From contig CAILUT010000011.1 in the NCBI GenBank assembly GCA_903837495.1, positions 1,946-65,945 of the forward strand: a stretch of DNA of 64,000 bases, written 5' to 3'. The translations under genes were made by a program, and so were the position numbers. The notes below the pieces were generated by a model, which ran no database searches, was not told the DNA's origin, and saw only the letters and a list, made by a program, of their open reading frames with translations. This document shows, one piece after another, positions 21,801 through 31,616 of this stretch; positions within the stretch are counted from its first letter, which is position 1; the number at the start of each line of letters is the position of its first letter. Origin of the DNA: an uncultured Flavobacteriales bacterium. GTDB taxonomy: Bacteria; Bacteroidota; Bacteroidia; CAIKAF01.

Positions 21801-22590
21801 TGTGTTTAATGGTACTGCGGCGGTATTGCCCAAGCCGGTAGCCGACTTTACCCTTCCTGACCACTGCCGCGGCAGTTTGATGCCCATTGCCAACAATTCA
21901 AGCATTGGGTCGGGCAGCATCGTTTCAACCCAATGGAATACCAGCAATGGAATGAACAGCAGCATGCAGGTGCCTAGTTTATTCTTTACCAATGCTGGGA
22001 ACTATTCGGTTACCTTAATCTTGAGCAGCGACCAAGGCTGCAAAGACACCCTAACTCAAAATGTGGTGGTTACAGAAATGGTGAACTCCAACTTCAGTCC
22101 CACCTTATTGACCACCAACACCATCCATTTTTTACCCGACACCTTGAACCCCTATTTGGATTACCTGTGGGATTTTGGGGATGGCACCTTTAGCTACGAA
22201 ATAAACCCACAGAAATTGTTTTTCTTCCCTGGGCTTTACAATGTGTGTTTAACCATTACCGACAACGGCTGCTCAAACAGCACGTGCAATCCGGTTCAGT
22301 TGAACGTAGCGGGCGGCATAGACCAAGCAGGCCAGTGGAAAACGAACATCTATCCAAACCCATTTGATCGGCATTTGAGCATTGACCTGAGTGGCATAAG
22401 CCAGCAGGCCGAGGTTCGCATGCGCGATTTGAGCGGCCGTACCTTGCACGAGCAAAAAGTTCTTGTTGTATCGGGCGAGGCCAGTGTTGTGTTGAGTGGT
22501 TCCACCATTGAGGAGCTGCCGGCTGGGGTTTATGTAATTAGCATAACTGCAGCTGAGGGAAGCCAGCACTTTAGGGTCATTAAAAAATAA
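18886..22590 (+). CDS. large PKD/Ig-repeat surface protein with T9SS C-terminal domain
   Basis: about nine W(N/D)FGDG-type PKD repeats, Ig-like repeats, Cys-rich N-terminus, IYPNPF...DLSGR...LPAGVYVI...VIKK CTD. Confidence 0.9.
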   Translation: MDNRNLLSLRNGVWSFILVASSLIPMHSQVVCNNNLGSISPNLNWQYFNHTSRGYVTFQAQAGCTYQFTYCNSIAPSASYSSDPYLNITSGPTSGNIAANDDWCGAGSNLQWTASSTGLFYLQLGNCCSSGCGSINSRNLGYRSTNCSGGVPDPTGASSSSSSICANQTVSLTATGGNGVVYWYSGTCGGSLVGTGTTINATPSTTTTYFARNFNNGQFSSGCASTTVTVNPNPAAPTITASGPLSFCSGDSLQLTSSYATGNTWSTGATTATIVVNAAGNFQVSHTNVNGCQSGLSTSTTTTLLPLPQAPIITNLNGLVGCAYDTTFLQSNLPNNISWSTGASGQTIAATVQGSYTARVTDANNCTSVPSNALTVTVNPAPVIASASTPTVCEGLPTPFNANVQLGNTNNANISSVVWTFGDNNTGNTLNSPHFYASPGTYSVSLIVNSNHGCSDTLQTTVLVNPKPVIASTSGAAVCHSNATSFNQASNVSNVNGGSLAGYVWNFGDGNSSTQSAPVHTYIQPGSYNVQVIASTNQGCSDTATLTALVHPNPVLGNVGIPAACAGNASALNVGVSLANINGAQITSTVWNTGDGGSANGLQTSHSYTNPGSYTAQVVVLTNHGCSDTAVGTAVLNPVPQITSTNFPDVCFGSPTLFLQNSSLSNVNGAQITGYVWSFGDGSSSPSMNPTKTYAQTGAFPVSVTINTNQNCPTVFYDTVLVNPFPVISSVSAADVCQGSASNFVQSSSVPPVNGSVVNSYQWNFGGGNTSTQANPSFAFANAGTYVANLTVTTNYGCSVSSSGQAIVNPNPVISSMAVGDVCEGNSSAFSASAFVLPANGSVISSSNWNLGDGNQSAQTNFNHTYAVAGQYTTTLTVSSNNGCSSSQTLVTDVNPNPSISTASVNTVCQEEFSAFNAMASVLNINGAVLSGYQWNYGDGNTGGSNAPNHVYGNWGSYSWTVTATTNHGCSDVFNGTAAVLPKPVADFTLPDHCRGSLMPIANNSSIGSGSIVSTQWNTSNGMNSSMQVPSLFFTNAGNYSVTLILSSDQGCKDTLTQNVVVTEMVNSNFSPTLLTTNTIHFLPDTLNPYLDYLWDFGDGTFSYEINPQKLFFFPGLYNVCLTITDNGCSNSTCNPVQLNVAGGIDQAGQWKTNIYPNPFDRHLSIDLSGISQQAEVRMRDLSGRTLHEQKVLVVSGEASVVLSGSTIEELPAGVYVISITAAEGSQHFRVIKK

Positions 22591-22610
22591 ACAAAGCGAG
22601 CAGATTTGAG

Positions 22611-22641
22611 ACGCCAGGGCAAACGCTCTGGCGTTTTTTTT
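22611..22641 (+). terminator. rho-independent terminator
   Basis: ACGCCAGGGC-AAAC-GCTCTGGCGT followed by a T run. Confidence 0.85.
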
Positions 22642-22706
22642 GGGCTATGGCAACCGCAGGTGAACCTAAAAAAAAATAGCGCTTTGAAAATCCATAGCTT
22701 TGTTGT

Positions 22707-23561
22707 GTGAAGCATATGTTGGCGGCAACGCTGTGGTTTTCATTGATGAATTTGTGTGTAAAAATGATGCCCGGCATGCCGATTCCGGTGGTGTTGTTGT
22801 TTCGGGCAGGCATCACCTTGGGGTTTAGTCTTTGGCAAATTCGGCAATTGGGATTGCACCCTTGGGGCTACAACAAACCTGTATTGTGGTTGAGGGGGAT
22901 TTTTGGAACCGGGGGGCTGGCCCTGTACTTTATAACTTTGCAGCAGATTCCCTTAGCGGGGGCTGTAACCTTGCAGTACTTATCGCCCATTTTCACCTTG
23001 ATTTTTACTCGGCTGTTGTTGGGCGAGCGGTTTAAATGGATTCAAACCCTGTTCTTTTTAATGAGTTTTGCGGGGGTATATGTGGTAGGAAATACCGACG
23101 AGCGCATTGTTTGGGTTTGGTTGTTGACCGGAATTGGGTCGGCGGTATTCTCGGGTTTGGCCTATACTATGATTCGAAAGGCATCGGTGAGCGAGCACCC
23201 TGTGGTGGTGGTATTTTATTTTCCATTGATTGCCCTACCCTTGGTGGGATTGTGGAGTTATTTTGACTGGAAAACCCCCGAAGGAATGGAGTGGTTTTGG
23301 TTGCTGGGAACAGGACTGTCCACCCAATTTGCTCAGTTGGCCATGACCAAAGCCTTTATGCAAGAAAAAGCAGCCAATGTGTTGGGATTGCAGTATTTGG
23401 GGCTCATTTATGCCCTGTTTCTGGGCTGGTGGATCTTTGATGAACAGTTTGACTGGATCACCATTGGAGGTATGGCTTTGGTGTTGTTGGGGGTACTTGG
23501 CAACATTGCAATTCAATACACCGCTGCAAGGAAAAAACAAAAATTGGGCAATTCTGCCTAA
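22707..23561 (+). CDS. DMT/EamA family transporter
   Basis: about 10 TM segments, LRGIFG, LQYLSPIFT, LLLGERF; GTG start after TAGCTTTG. Confidence 0.9.
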   Translation: MKHMLAATLWFSLMNLCVKMMPGMPIPVVLLFRAGITLGFSLWQIRQLGLHPWGYNKPVLWLRGIFGTGGLALYFITLQQIPLAGAVTLQYLSPIFTLIFTRLLLGERFKWIQTLFFLMSFAGVYVVGNTDERIVWVWLLTGIGSAVFSGLAYTMIRKASVSEHPVVVVFYFPLIALPLVGLWSYFDWKTPEGMEWFWLLGTGLSTQFAQLAMTKAFMQEKAANVLGLQYLGLIYALFLGWWIFDEQFDWITIGGMALVLLGVLGNIAIQYTAARKKQKLGNSA

Positions 23562-23686
23562 AAAAAGGGCAACACCATTCAAAGACAAGAATCGCTGTAA
23601 CCCTTAAATAAACAAGGAAACTACAATTAATTGCTTGTGCTTGCGTGGAAATAATTGCAAGAGACATTGCTTTAAATAAAAAAAAG

Positions 23687-23694
23687 TACATTTG
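23687..23694 (+). promoter_or_regulatory. Bacteroidota -7 promoter element
   Basis: TACATTTG 20 nt before ATG 23715. Confidence 0.55.
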
Positions 23695-23714
23695 CAGATT
23701 AAATAAACAAAAAA

Positions 23715-24725
23715 ATGAAAAGAAATTTACTGATTGCAGCCACTGCCTTATTGGGATTAACTTTAAATGCCCAATACAAACCAAACCAAGCCGGAACAAT
23801 GGAAGGCTCGAACTACCAATTTACCGACAAGGTAGATATGGACCTTGCTCCTGCTTCGATTGCTCAAGGATGTACCAACTTTCAAATTTACACCTTGCCT
23901 GGCACACAGCCTTATCCATTTGGAGGCTTTATTTTTGGACCAGCCATTCTAACCGACACATCTGGCACCCAACAATTTTACCTTAAAGAGGTAGGCCACA
24001 TGTTCAATGCCAATGGCGATGTTCAAGGTTTGGGTGTATTTCATGCGTTCAAAGCATTGATTGATTCTTCAAGCAATGGAGGAACCTATGTTGCCAAAAT
24101 CTGGAAAGAAACCACTCCAGGAACGTACAGCATCATTGGCACTTCTATTCCTGTTCCTTATGCCAGCATCGACACATCGGTTACAAGCACAACCGGAACT
24201 ATTTTCCCCTTTGTGCCTGCGGTTGCCGTAACTGGAAATTTCCTAGTTTCATGGGAGACGTTCTCATCTGACACTTCTTCAGGAGCTGTAGCACTTGCCA
24301 ACGGACCTACCTGCGGAACTACCAACACATTTGTAATATTAGAAAACAATGGCAACAAGCAATTGGGTTCTGTATCGAATGTTTTCACCTTCCAAGGTGC
24401 ACCGTTGAAAGCAGATCCTAGAATGGGAATTCGGGTTCTAAACTATACGGGTGGTGTTGATTTCATTTCATCTTCTGCCTTGATGGCCTTCCCAAATCCA
24501 GCCAGCGAAAGCACTGTGATTACTTTTGGTGCTGAAGCAAATTCACAAGGTTTAATTGAAATCATGAATTTGTCTGGTCAGCGTGTTGCTGCCATGAACG
24601 CGGACGTTGTTCAAGGCAAAAACCAAATTGAAGTATCGTTGTCGGGTCTTGCCAACGGAATTTATGTGTACCATGTAACGGCCGGTGCTCAAAAAATGAG
24701 CGGCAAGTTGGTGGTAAACCACTAA
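23715..24725 (+). CDS. secreted protein of unknown function with T9SS C-terminal domain
   Basis: signal peptide; AFPNPA...NLSGQRV...LANGIYVY...KLVV CTD. Confidence 0.85.
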   Translation: MKRNLLIAATALLGLTLNAQYKPNQAGTMEGSNYQFTDKVDMDLAPASIAQGCTNFQIYTLPGTQPYPFGGFIFGPAILTDTSGTQQFYLKEVGHMFNANGDVQGLGVFHAFKALIDSSSNGGTYVAKIWKETTPGTYSIIGTSIPVPYASIDTSVTSTTGTIFPFVPAVAVTGNFLVSWETFSSDTSSGAVALANGPTCGTTNTFVILENNGNKQLGSVSNVFTFQGAPLKADPRMGIRVLNYTGGVDFISSSALMAFPNPASESTVITFGAEANSQGLIEIMNLSGQRVAAMNADVVQGKNQIEVSLSGLANGIYVYHVTAGAQKMSGKLVVNH

Positions 24726-24741
24726 GCATTTTTGATTCAAG

Positions 24742-24776
24742 AAAAAGCCGCTCCAGCAATGGGGCGGCTTTTTTTT
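24742..24776 (+). terminator. rho-independent terminator (possibly bidirectional)
   Basis: AAAAAGCCGCTCCA-GCAA-TGGGGCGGCTTTTTTTT. Confidence 0.88.
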
Positions 24777-24816
24777 GCTTTTTTTTATGGATGGGGGCAA
24801 CGGAAAAGAGGTGGCC

Positions 24817-24958
24817 GCGGGCGGGATTGAGCAAGGTAGCCCGCAAAATTGGCGGTGCCTGGCCCGGGAGCTGCGGAGGCGACCTTGGGAGCCACCGCAA
24901 AGCCGCTGGGCCAGCCACTGCCAATAGCGGACTACCTGCGAAAGCCCGAAACCCGCCC
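24817..24958 (+). repeat. structured intergenic repeat element, copy 3
   Basis: GCGGGCGGGATTGAGCAAGGTAGCCCGC...GGAGGCGACCTTGGGAGCC...GCGGACTACCTGCGAAAGCCCGAAACCCGCCC. Confidence 0.93.
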
Positions 24959-24966
24959 AAAAAAAA

Positions 24967-25485
24967 TCAGAAAAAAAGCATAGGCTGTTCCTGTCCCCGC
25001 GGCCCCAAGTCAATCAATTCCATATTAAAAACACGGCCTGTTTCCACCTGAAAACGCAGGGCAGTAATGGCCTGGTGCCAACCCTGATTGCCAATGGCAC
25101 CGGGATTAAGGTGTAGGCTGCCCGGAAAAATGCCGGGGCTCACCAGGGCAATGTGGGAATGCCCGCAAACCACCACATTGGGTTTGTGGTGCTGAACCAA
25201 ACGCAGAGCTTGAGCATTGTATTTGCCTGGACGGCCCACAATGTGCATCATAAAAAACGACAGACCTTGCAGGGAAAAGTGTAGAAATTCAGCGCATTGT
25301 TTGCGTACATCTGTGCCGTCAATGTTGCCATACACTGCCCGGACGGGCTTAAATTGCCGCAAATAATCCAAGCCAGCGGCAGGTCCTACATCGCCGGCAT
25401 GCCAAATTTCATCAACCTGAGTAAAATAGGGTTCTACATTTTTCGGAAAGGCACCGTGGCTATCGCTTAGCAGCAGAATGCGCAT
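24967..25485 (-). CDS. YfcE-like metallophosphoesterase
   Basis: SDSHG, HAGD, VYGNID, GHSH, NPGA motifs. Confidence 0.9.
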   Translation of the reverse strand: MRILLLSDSHGAFPKNVEPYFTQVDEIWHAGDVGPAAGLDYLRQFKPVRAVYGNIDGTDVRKQCAEFLHFSLQGLSFFMMHIVGRPGKYNAQALRLVQHHKPNVVVCGHSHIALVSPGIFPGSLHLNPGAIGNQGWHQAITALRFQVETGRVFNMELIDLGPRGQEQPMLFF

Positions 25486-25487
25486 GG

Positions 25488-26252
25488 TTAGGGATTGTAG
25501 CGTACAGCACGCAAAAGCTGATTTTCTTGAACATATCCTTCCACATTATCGGGATTTTTTACCCGGGCCCAGCCGTCTTTCCAATCTATAATTTCGAGGG
25601 TTTGAGCGGGAACCAAATACATCAACACCTCGGCATCGGGTTGGGGTTTTACCAAAACAGGCGTCTGGTTGATTTTCACAATTCCATACTCTTTGCTGGA
25701 CAACATATACCTCCATTGGGCCGCGAACAAAGAGGCCAATCCAAAACCAATGGAAACCAAAACCAGGGCACTCATATAGCGCCTCAATGCTGGGGAAACA
25801 AACCAAGTTCCAACAAGCAAACCTAAAATCAACAGGGCGATAAAAGCCAGAAACAGAGTTGCCCAGGTTGAGGTAGAAAAGAAGTGTACGCCCCAAGGCA
25901 GAAAAGGCCTGGGCCCTGCGGGCAGTTCCTCGCGCAATTCAATGAAAGTAAGGTTGTCTGAAAGCAATTTTGAATCGGGAAAAAGCAGCAGTCCTTTGTA
26001 CAGATACACCATGGCCAATGGAGTATTTTGCTGCTTCAATGAAATGGAGGCCAGCATATTGTACACATGGGGGTTAAGGTAACCGGCTTCGATAAGGGCG
26101 GAATAATGCACTTGGGCGGAATCAAGCTGCCCTGCCTGATAAAGGCTGTCGGCATTTTGCAATTGCAACTGAGGGGGAAGGCCTTGAGCCAGAACCTGGG
26201 GTTCAGGGTTGAATAAGGCCAAAACGAGCAAAAGAAACAAGGTGCGCATCAT
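25488..26252 (-). CDS. batE: BatE-like TPR + TM + SH3 protein
   Basis: N-terminal TPR, two TMs, C-terminal SH3b (DGWARVK...EGYV); last bat gene by position. Confidence 0.75.
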   Translation of the reverse strand: MMRTLFLLLVLALFNPEPQVLAQGLPPQLQLQNADSLYQAGQLDSAQVHYSALIEAGYLNPHVYNMLASISLKQQNTPLAMVYLYKGLLLFPDSKLLSDNLTFIELREELPAGPRPFLPWGVHFFSTSTWATLFLAFIALLILGLLVGTWFVSPALRRYMSALVLVSIGFGLASLFAAQWRYMLSSKEYGIVKINQTPVLVKPQPDAEVLMYLVPAQTLEIIDWKDGWARVKNPDNVEGYVQENQLLRAVRYNP

Positions 26253-27975
26253 TTACAGGATTCCATGGATTTGGTGGATTGGCGCAAAATTTGGGCCAGG
26301 CGTTCGGCGTCTTCTTTCATGGGGGATTCAGCGTAGGCGATAGAATGCAATTGAATGAGGGCGGCGGACCAATCGGCGGCGGCTTTTTGTTGGCCCAATG
26401 CTTCAAACCGGTTGCTGAGCTCGGCATGGGCTTGCTGAGAAATGGACAAGTTCCATTGGTCGCGCAGGTATCTTTCCATGGAATTAATCAGGGCCACCGT
26501 ATTTTCTTTCGAGGGGTTTGCGGCCCATGATTTAATTTCGGCCAAGAGAATGGCAGAATTCATTAAAGAAATGGAACGGCGGTTTCGTAGGGCAACCAAG
26601 CCATTTTTGGCCCAAAGAGCATAGAATAAAATCAGCAGCATTAAAAGGCCTAGCCAGGCAAAAAAGGCAAAGCTGCCGTAAAAAGGAACATACAAGGGGG
26701 GCAAGAAAGAGCTGCGGCCTTGGGGTATAGAAACTTGAAATTTAATGGGGCCGGAACCCGACGATTCGGCCTCGTTGGCCGAACCCAATACTTGAACCCG
26801 AACCGAATCGGAGGTAAAGGACTCGAATTTTTTGGTTTTGGGATTAAACCAAGACCAAGTAAAGGGAGGCAACACATAGGAGCCTGGGGTTTTGGCGATG
26901 TAAATGTAATTCACCTGCTTGGTGCCCGTTACACCGGCTTCAGAAAACGCTATTTTATCTTGAACGTCGGGGGCAAAGGCATCGAATTCGGCGGGCATGT
27001 TCAGTTTGGGAAGCTCGAGCAGGTTCAGGTTTCCATTGCCTTTAATTAAGACACTGAGGTCAAAGGCATCGTTCACATTTAGCGTGGTAGAGCCGGGCTT
27101 CACCTCCACATCAAAATCGCCCAGCCCATTGGTAAAATCGGCGGGTCTGCCATCAAAAGGAATAGGCAAGGCAGTTAGGGAAACCTTGGGGGTTTTGAGT
27201 TCCACCTTTTTTTCAACCACCCGGCCCCCGAAAAAAACATCAAAGGGGTCCGAAGACGTTTCCCGGTAGCTTACAACAACGCTTGCAAGCAGGGGGTCGA
27301 TGGAAATTTTACCTTGAACCTGTGGAACCAAAACGTATTTTTTAAGAGTGGCCACCAAAAAGGGTTCGCCTTCTACCTGGGTTTGGCGAAACTGTTGGTC
27401 TTCGGCTTCGGGAATGTCTTGAACCCAGCCCCCGTTTAAGGAAGGAAACTTGACCGACTCGAACTGAACCGAGCTGTATTTGGAATACAAATCAATGCTG
27501 ACAGTCAGGGGCTCTCCAACAAAAACAGTCGTTTTTTCTAAACGGGCCACTGCAAAAATTTGATTGTCGGCCTTTTTAACCGGGGTTTTGTTTTGTTGGG
27601 CAGCGGAGTTGGCTTGAGCCTCGTCGAGTATGGTTAACTGAAGCGGGGCAGATTGGGCCAGCACCCTGCCGTTTGCCAGAAGTTGGAAAGGAGATATAGC
27701 TACCTTCCCGGCTGTTCTACTCATTAAGCGAACCGTAATTTTGAAGGTCGATACCCCATTGATGATGCTTTGCTGTTGAGAAGTTCCCAGCTTTACCAAG
27801 CCATCGAAGGCGGGCAGTTTGTATTGACCTGATAGGCCAGAAATATCGTAGCTGATTTGGAAAGGTTGGTTTGCAACGGGCGATTGGGGTTGCACCGAGA
27901 CCTGAATCTGCTGAGCGGCCAAATGCAGGGTAAAAAAGCAGAAAAGCAAAGTAAACCAATGCATGTTTTTCATGG

Positions 27976-27982
<7 letters not shown>
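26249..27982 (-). CDS. batD: BatD oxygen-tolerance protein
   Basis: SIINGV, VFVGEP, GLGDF, GNGNLNLLELP, FTWSWFNPKTKKF, C-terminal TM; operon position. Confidence 0.85.
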
Positions 27983-28670
<688 letters not shown>

Positions 28671-28689
<19 letters not shown>

Positions 28690-29684
28690 TTTCGCAACCA
28701 TTTTTCCCATTGTGAAACAAAAACTAAATCAAGACAGAGCAAGGCAAAGGCGAACCAAAGAAAGGGAAGGAAGAGTTCTTCTCTGCCAATAGAGGTTTCG
28801 GCAGATAAGCTAGTGGATTTTTTTAGGCGGTCAATTTCGGCCATTACTTTATTCAAGGCGGTGGAGGGGTCGTTTCCTTTTACAAAAAGCCCATTGGTTT
28901 CGGTGGCAATTCGAGCCAACATATCTTCGTTGGGTCGGGTAAAAACGAGTTTCCCTTGGGCGTCGGTTAAGTATGAGCCGTTGTTGGGAATGGGTGCTGC
29001 GACTTGACTTCCGATGCTCATAGCAAAAACCCGTATTCCACGTCGTTTCAACTCATTTAATACGGGGGGCAAATCTCCTTCGTGGTCTTCGCCATCGGAC
29101 ATCAAAATGAGTGCGGGTTCGGCTTCGGATTGTTCGGGCAGGGTTTTAATGGCTTCTTTCAGTGCAGCAGAAATAGAAGTACCCTGCACCGATGGATAAT
29201 CGGTTGAAACGGCATCTAAGAACATCGTGGCTGCACCGTAATCGTTGGTCATCGGCAATTGGATGTGGGCCGAACCGGCAAAAACGATCAAGGCCACTTG
29301 GTCGCCTTTCAGGCGTTTTAACACGGCCGAGATGGCTTGTTTTGCACGGGACAGGCGATTGGGTTGCAGGTCTTCGGCCAGCATAGAGCGGGAAGCATCT
29401 AAGCAAAATACCAGTTGGGTTCGGGTTTTGGTTCGGGGACTATCGGTAATTCCTCCTTTAGGCCGAGCCAACACAAAGACAAGGGCGGTTAAAACCAGCA
29501 GGCGTATGGCATACCGAACAATCAACACATACTTTGGGAACAAACCCAGGGTTCGGTGCAAAGATACGATGTGGCCTAGGCGCAAAAACCGGCCAATTCT
29601 CCAGCGGTAATCCAGAACAAAAAGCAGGATAAGCGGAAGTAAGGCCCAAAGCCCAATCAAATATGTAGGATATTCGAAGTTCAC
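28671..29684 (-). CDS. batB: BatB VWA domain protein
   Basis: LARP, DASRSM MIDAS, PNRL, QLPMTND, SDGEDHEG. Confidence 0.9.
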
Positions 29685-30697
29685 GGTTCTGTTACGCTTT
29701 TAAACCAAAGCAGGCGTAGGGCCCATTCTAGCATTAGGAAAAGGGCGGCTAAAGCCACAACAGGCCAAAACAGGTCGGGCCTAACATAAAACTCTTTGTC
29801 TTGAATCAAGGTTTTTTCTAAGGTATCGATTTCTTCAAAGATGGTTTTTAGAGACTGCTCGTTTTCGGCCCGGTAGTAATTTCCTCCGGTTTGGGCGGCA
29901 ATGTCTTTGAGCAGAACTTCGTCTATCTCGACCGGAGCCATTCCAAAAACCAAAGACCCATTGGGATTCATGGCAACGGGCGACAAGGCACTGCCTTTTT
30001 TTCCGACGCCTATGGTATAGACTCGAACTCCAAAGGTTTTGGCAATTTCGGCGGCGGTGGCGGGCGTGATGTTTCCGCTGTTGTTCACTCCGTCGGTCAG
30101 CAAAATCACCACCTTGCTGGTAGATTCAGAATCTTTGAGTCGAGCCACTGCGGTTCCTAAGCCGGCGCCGATGGCAGTACCATCGACCAACATGCCGGTT
30201 TCAATTTTCGACAAAAGAATTTGAAGTACTTGATGGTCAAGGGTGGCCGGGCATTGGGTAAAGCTTTCGCCCGAAAAAATCACCAAGCCAATGCGGTCGC
30301 TCGGCCGGCCTTCAATAAACTCAGCGGCAATTTTTTTTGAGACGCCCAAGCGGTCGGGCGAAAAGTCTTTGGCCTTCATCGAGATAGAAATGTCCAAAGC
30401 CAGTTGAATGTCCACAATTTCTCGGTTCACCTCGGTCATGCCTATGTGGCCTCGTGGTCGGGCCAGTGCCACAACAATCAAGATTAAGGCTAGCGCCCTA
30501 AAGAAATTGGGCAACCAACGCAGGCGTTGCCGCAAAGAGATGGGGTACTTTACCGTTGGGTCAGGCAACACAGGGTGCAGCCAGCCCTTTCCTTCTTTTT
30601 TATTTTTACGCTGCCGAAGCCAAGCCAGCAAACCCACCAAAGGTATTAAAGCAAAGACCCAGGGATAATCGAATTGGATGTTTAACAGGTCATTCAT
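29681..30697 (-). CDS. batA: BatA VWA domain protein
   Basis: ALARP, DISISMKAKDFSPDRL, DGTAIG, LLTDGVNN, RVYTIGVG. Confidence 0.93.
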   Translation of the reverse strand: MNDLLNIQFDYPWVFALIPLVGLLAWLRQRKNKKEGKGWLHPVLPDPTVKYPISLRQRLRWLPNFFRALALILIVVALARPRGHIGMTEVNREIVDIQLALDISISMKAKDFSPDRLGVSKKIAAEFIEGRPSDRIGLVIFSGESFTQCPATLDHQVLQILLSKIETGMLVDGTAIGAGLGTAVARLKDSESTSKVVILLTDGVNNSGNITPATAAEIAKTFGVRVYTIGVGKKGSALSPVAMNPNGSLVFGMAPVEIDEVLLKDIAAQTGGNYYRAENEQSLKTIFEEIDTLEKTLIQDKEFYVRPDLFWPVVALAALFLMLEWALRLLWFKSVTEP

Positions 30698-31616
30698 TCG
30701 AATTCGATGTTAAGGGTTTAAAATGCGCGCGGCAGGCCTCAACAAAAGCTAGGGCGGCATCGATCAATTGTTGGTGTTCGGCATGCCCGGGTTGTTGTTT
30801 GGCGAATTTCACCAAATCGGCGATGTGCAGCACATACTTTAGTTCCCGGCCTGTATTTTCTTCCTCAGGCCGGCGTTTCCATAAAGCCAACCATTCTGAG
30901 CTGGTCATTTCAGATACATCTAGCTTATAAACCTGATTCACCATTTGACGCAGTACATCCACCGTTCGGGTGTAAAACTCTTTGATTTGTTCCTCTGACA
31001 TATTGGCTTGCTCGGCCTTGAGTTGCAGCAATGCGGCTATAGCAAAGTCAAAGGGATCTATTTTTGGAGCGGCGGGCATGGGTTTGGCTGGTTTTCGTTT
31101 TTTGAAAACAAACCAAACCAACCAGGCCAAAAAGGCCAGAGCAACAAGCAGGGCAATCCAAGGCAAAAATTCATGCCAATGGTAACCTGGGTCGGGATTG
31201 GCCAAAATATCTTGAAAATCGGCTTGTAGATTCACATCGGGGGCCAGTATTTCAATGGGGCTGCTCGGAATTCGAACGTTTAGGGTATCGGCTCCGTTTA
31301 AAAAGCCCAGGGTGATTTCAGGAATTTGAGCGGTTCCAGAATCATACCCCACCACTTTCAGGCGCAGACCAAAACGAAGTTGAGCTGAATCCAACCAATT
31401 TACCTGAAGCAATTCAAAGGGGCCTAGGCTGTCGGTCAATTCAGGCCAAACCATAGAAGCCGTTGGTTTGGGCTCAGGCAGCAGCAAATCCAGGGAAAAG
31501 GGTTCGCCCAGCAAAACTGTATCTTTTTCGGCCTTCCATTTCAGGCCAAAGGAAACTTGAGCTTGGGCATAGCAGGTACCAATAAGTAAAAGGAAGAAAG
31601 CCAAACCTTGTTTCAT
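30690..31616 (-). CDS. conserved membrane protein of the bat operon
   Basis: signal peptide, single TM, EMTSSE and ADLVKFAK motifs; located between DUF58 and batA. Confidence 0.8.
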   Translation of the reverse strand: MKQGLAFFLLLIGTCYAQAQVSFGLKWKAEKDTVLLGEPFSLDLLLPEPKPTASMVWPELTDSLGPFELLQVNWLDSAQLRFGLRLKVVGYDSGTAQIPEITLGFLNGADTLNVRIPSSPIEILAPDVNLQADFQDILANPDPGYHWHEFLPWIALLVALAFLAWLVWFVFKKRKPAKPMPAAPKIDPFDFAIAALLQLKAEQANMSEEQIKEFYTRTVDVLRQMVNQVYKLDVSEMTSSEWLALWKRRPEEENTGRELKYVLHIADLVKFAKQQPGHAEHQQLIDAALAFVEACRAHFKPLTSNSNE

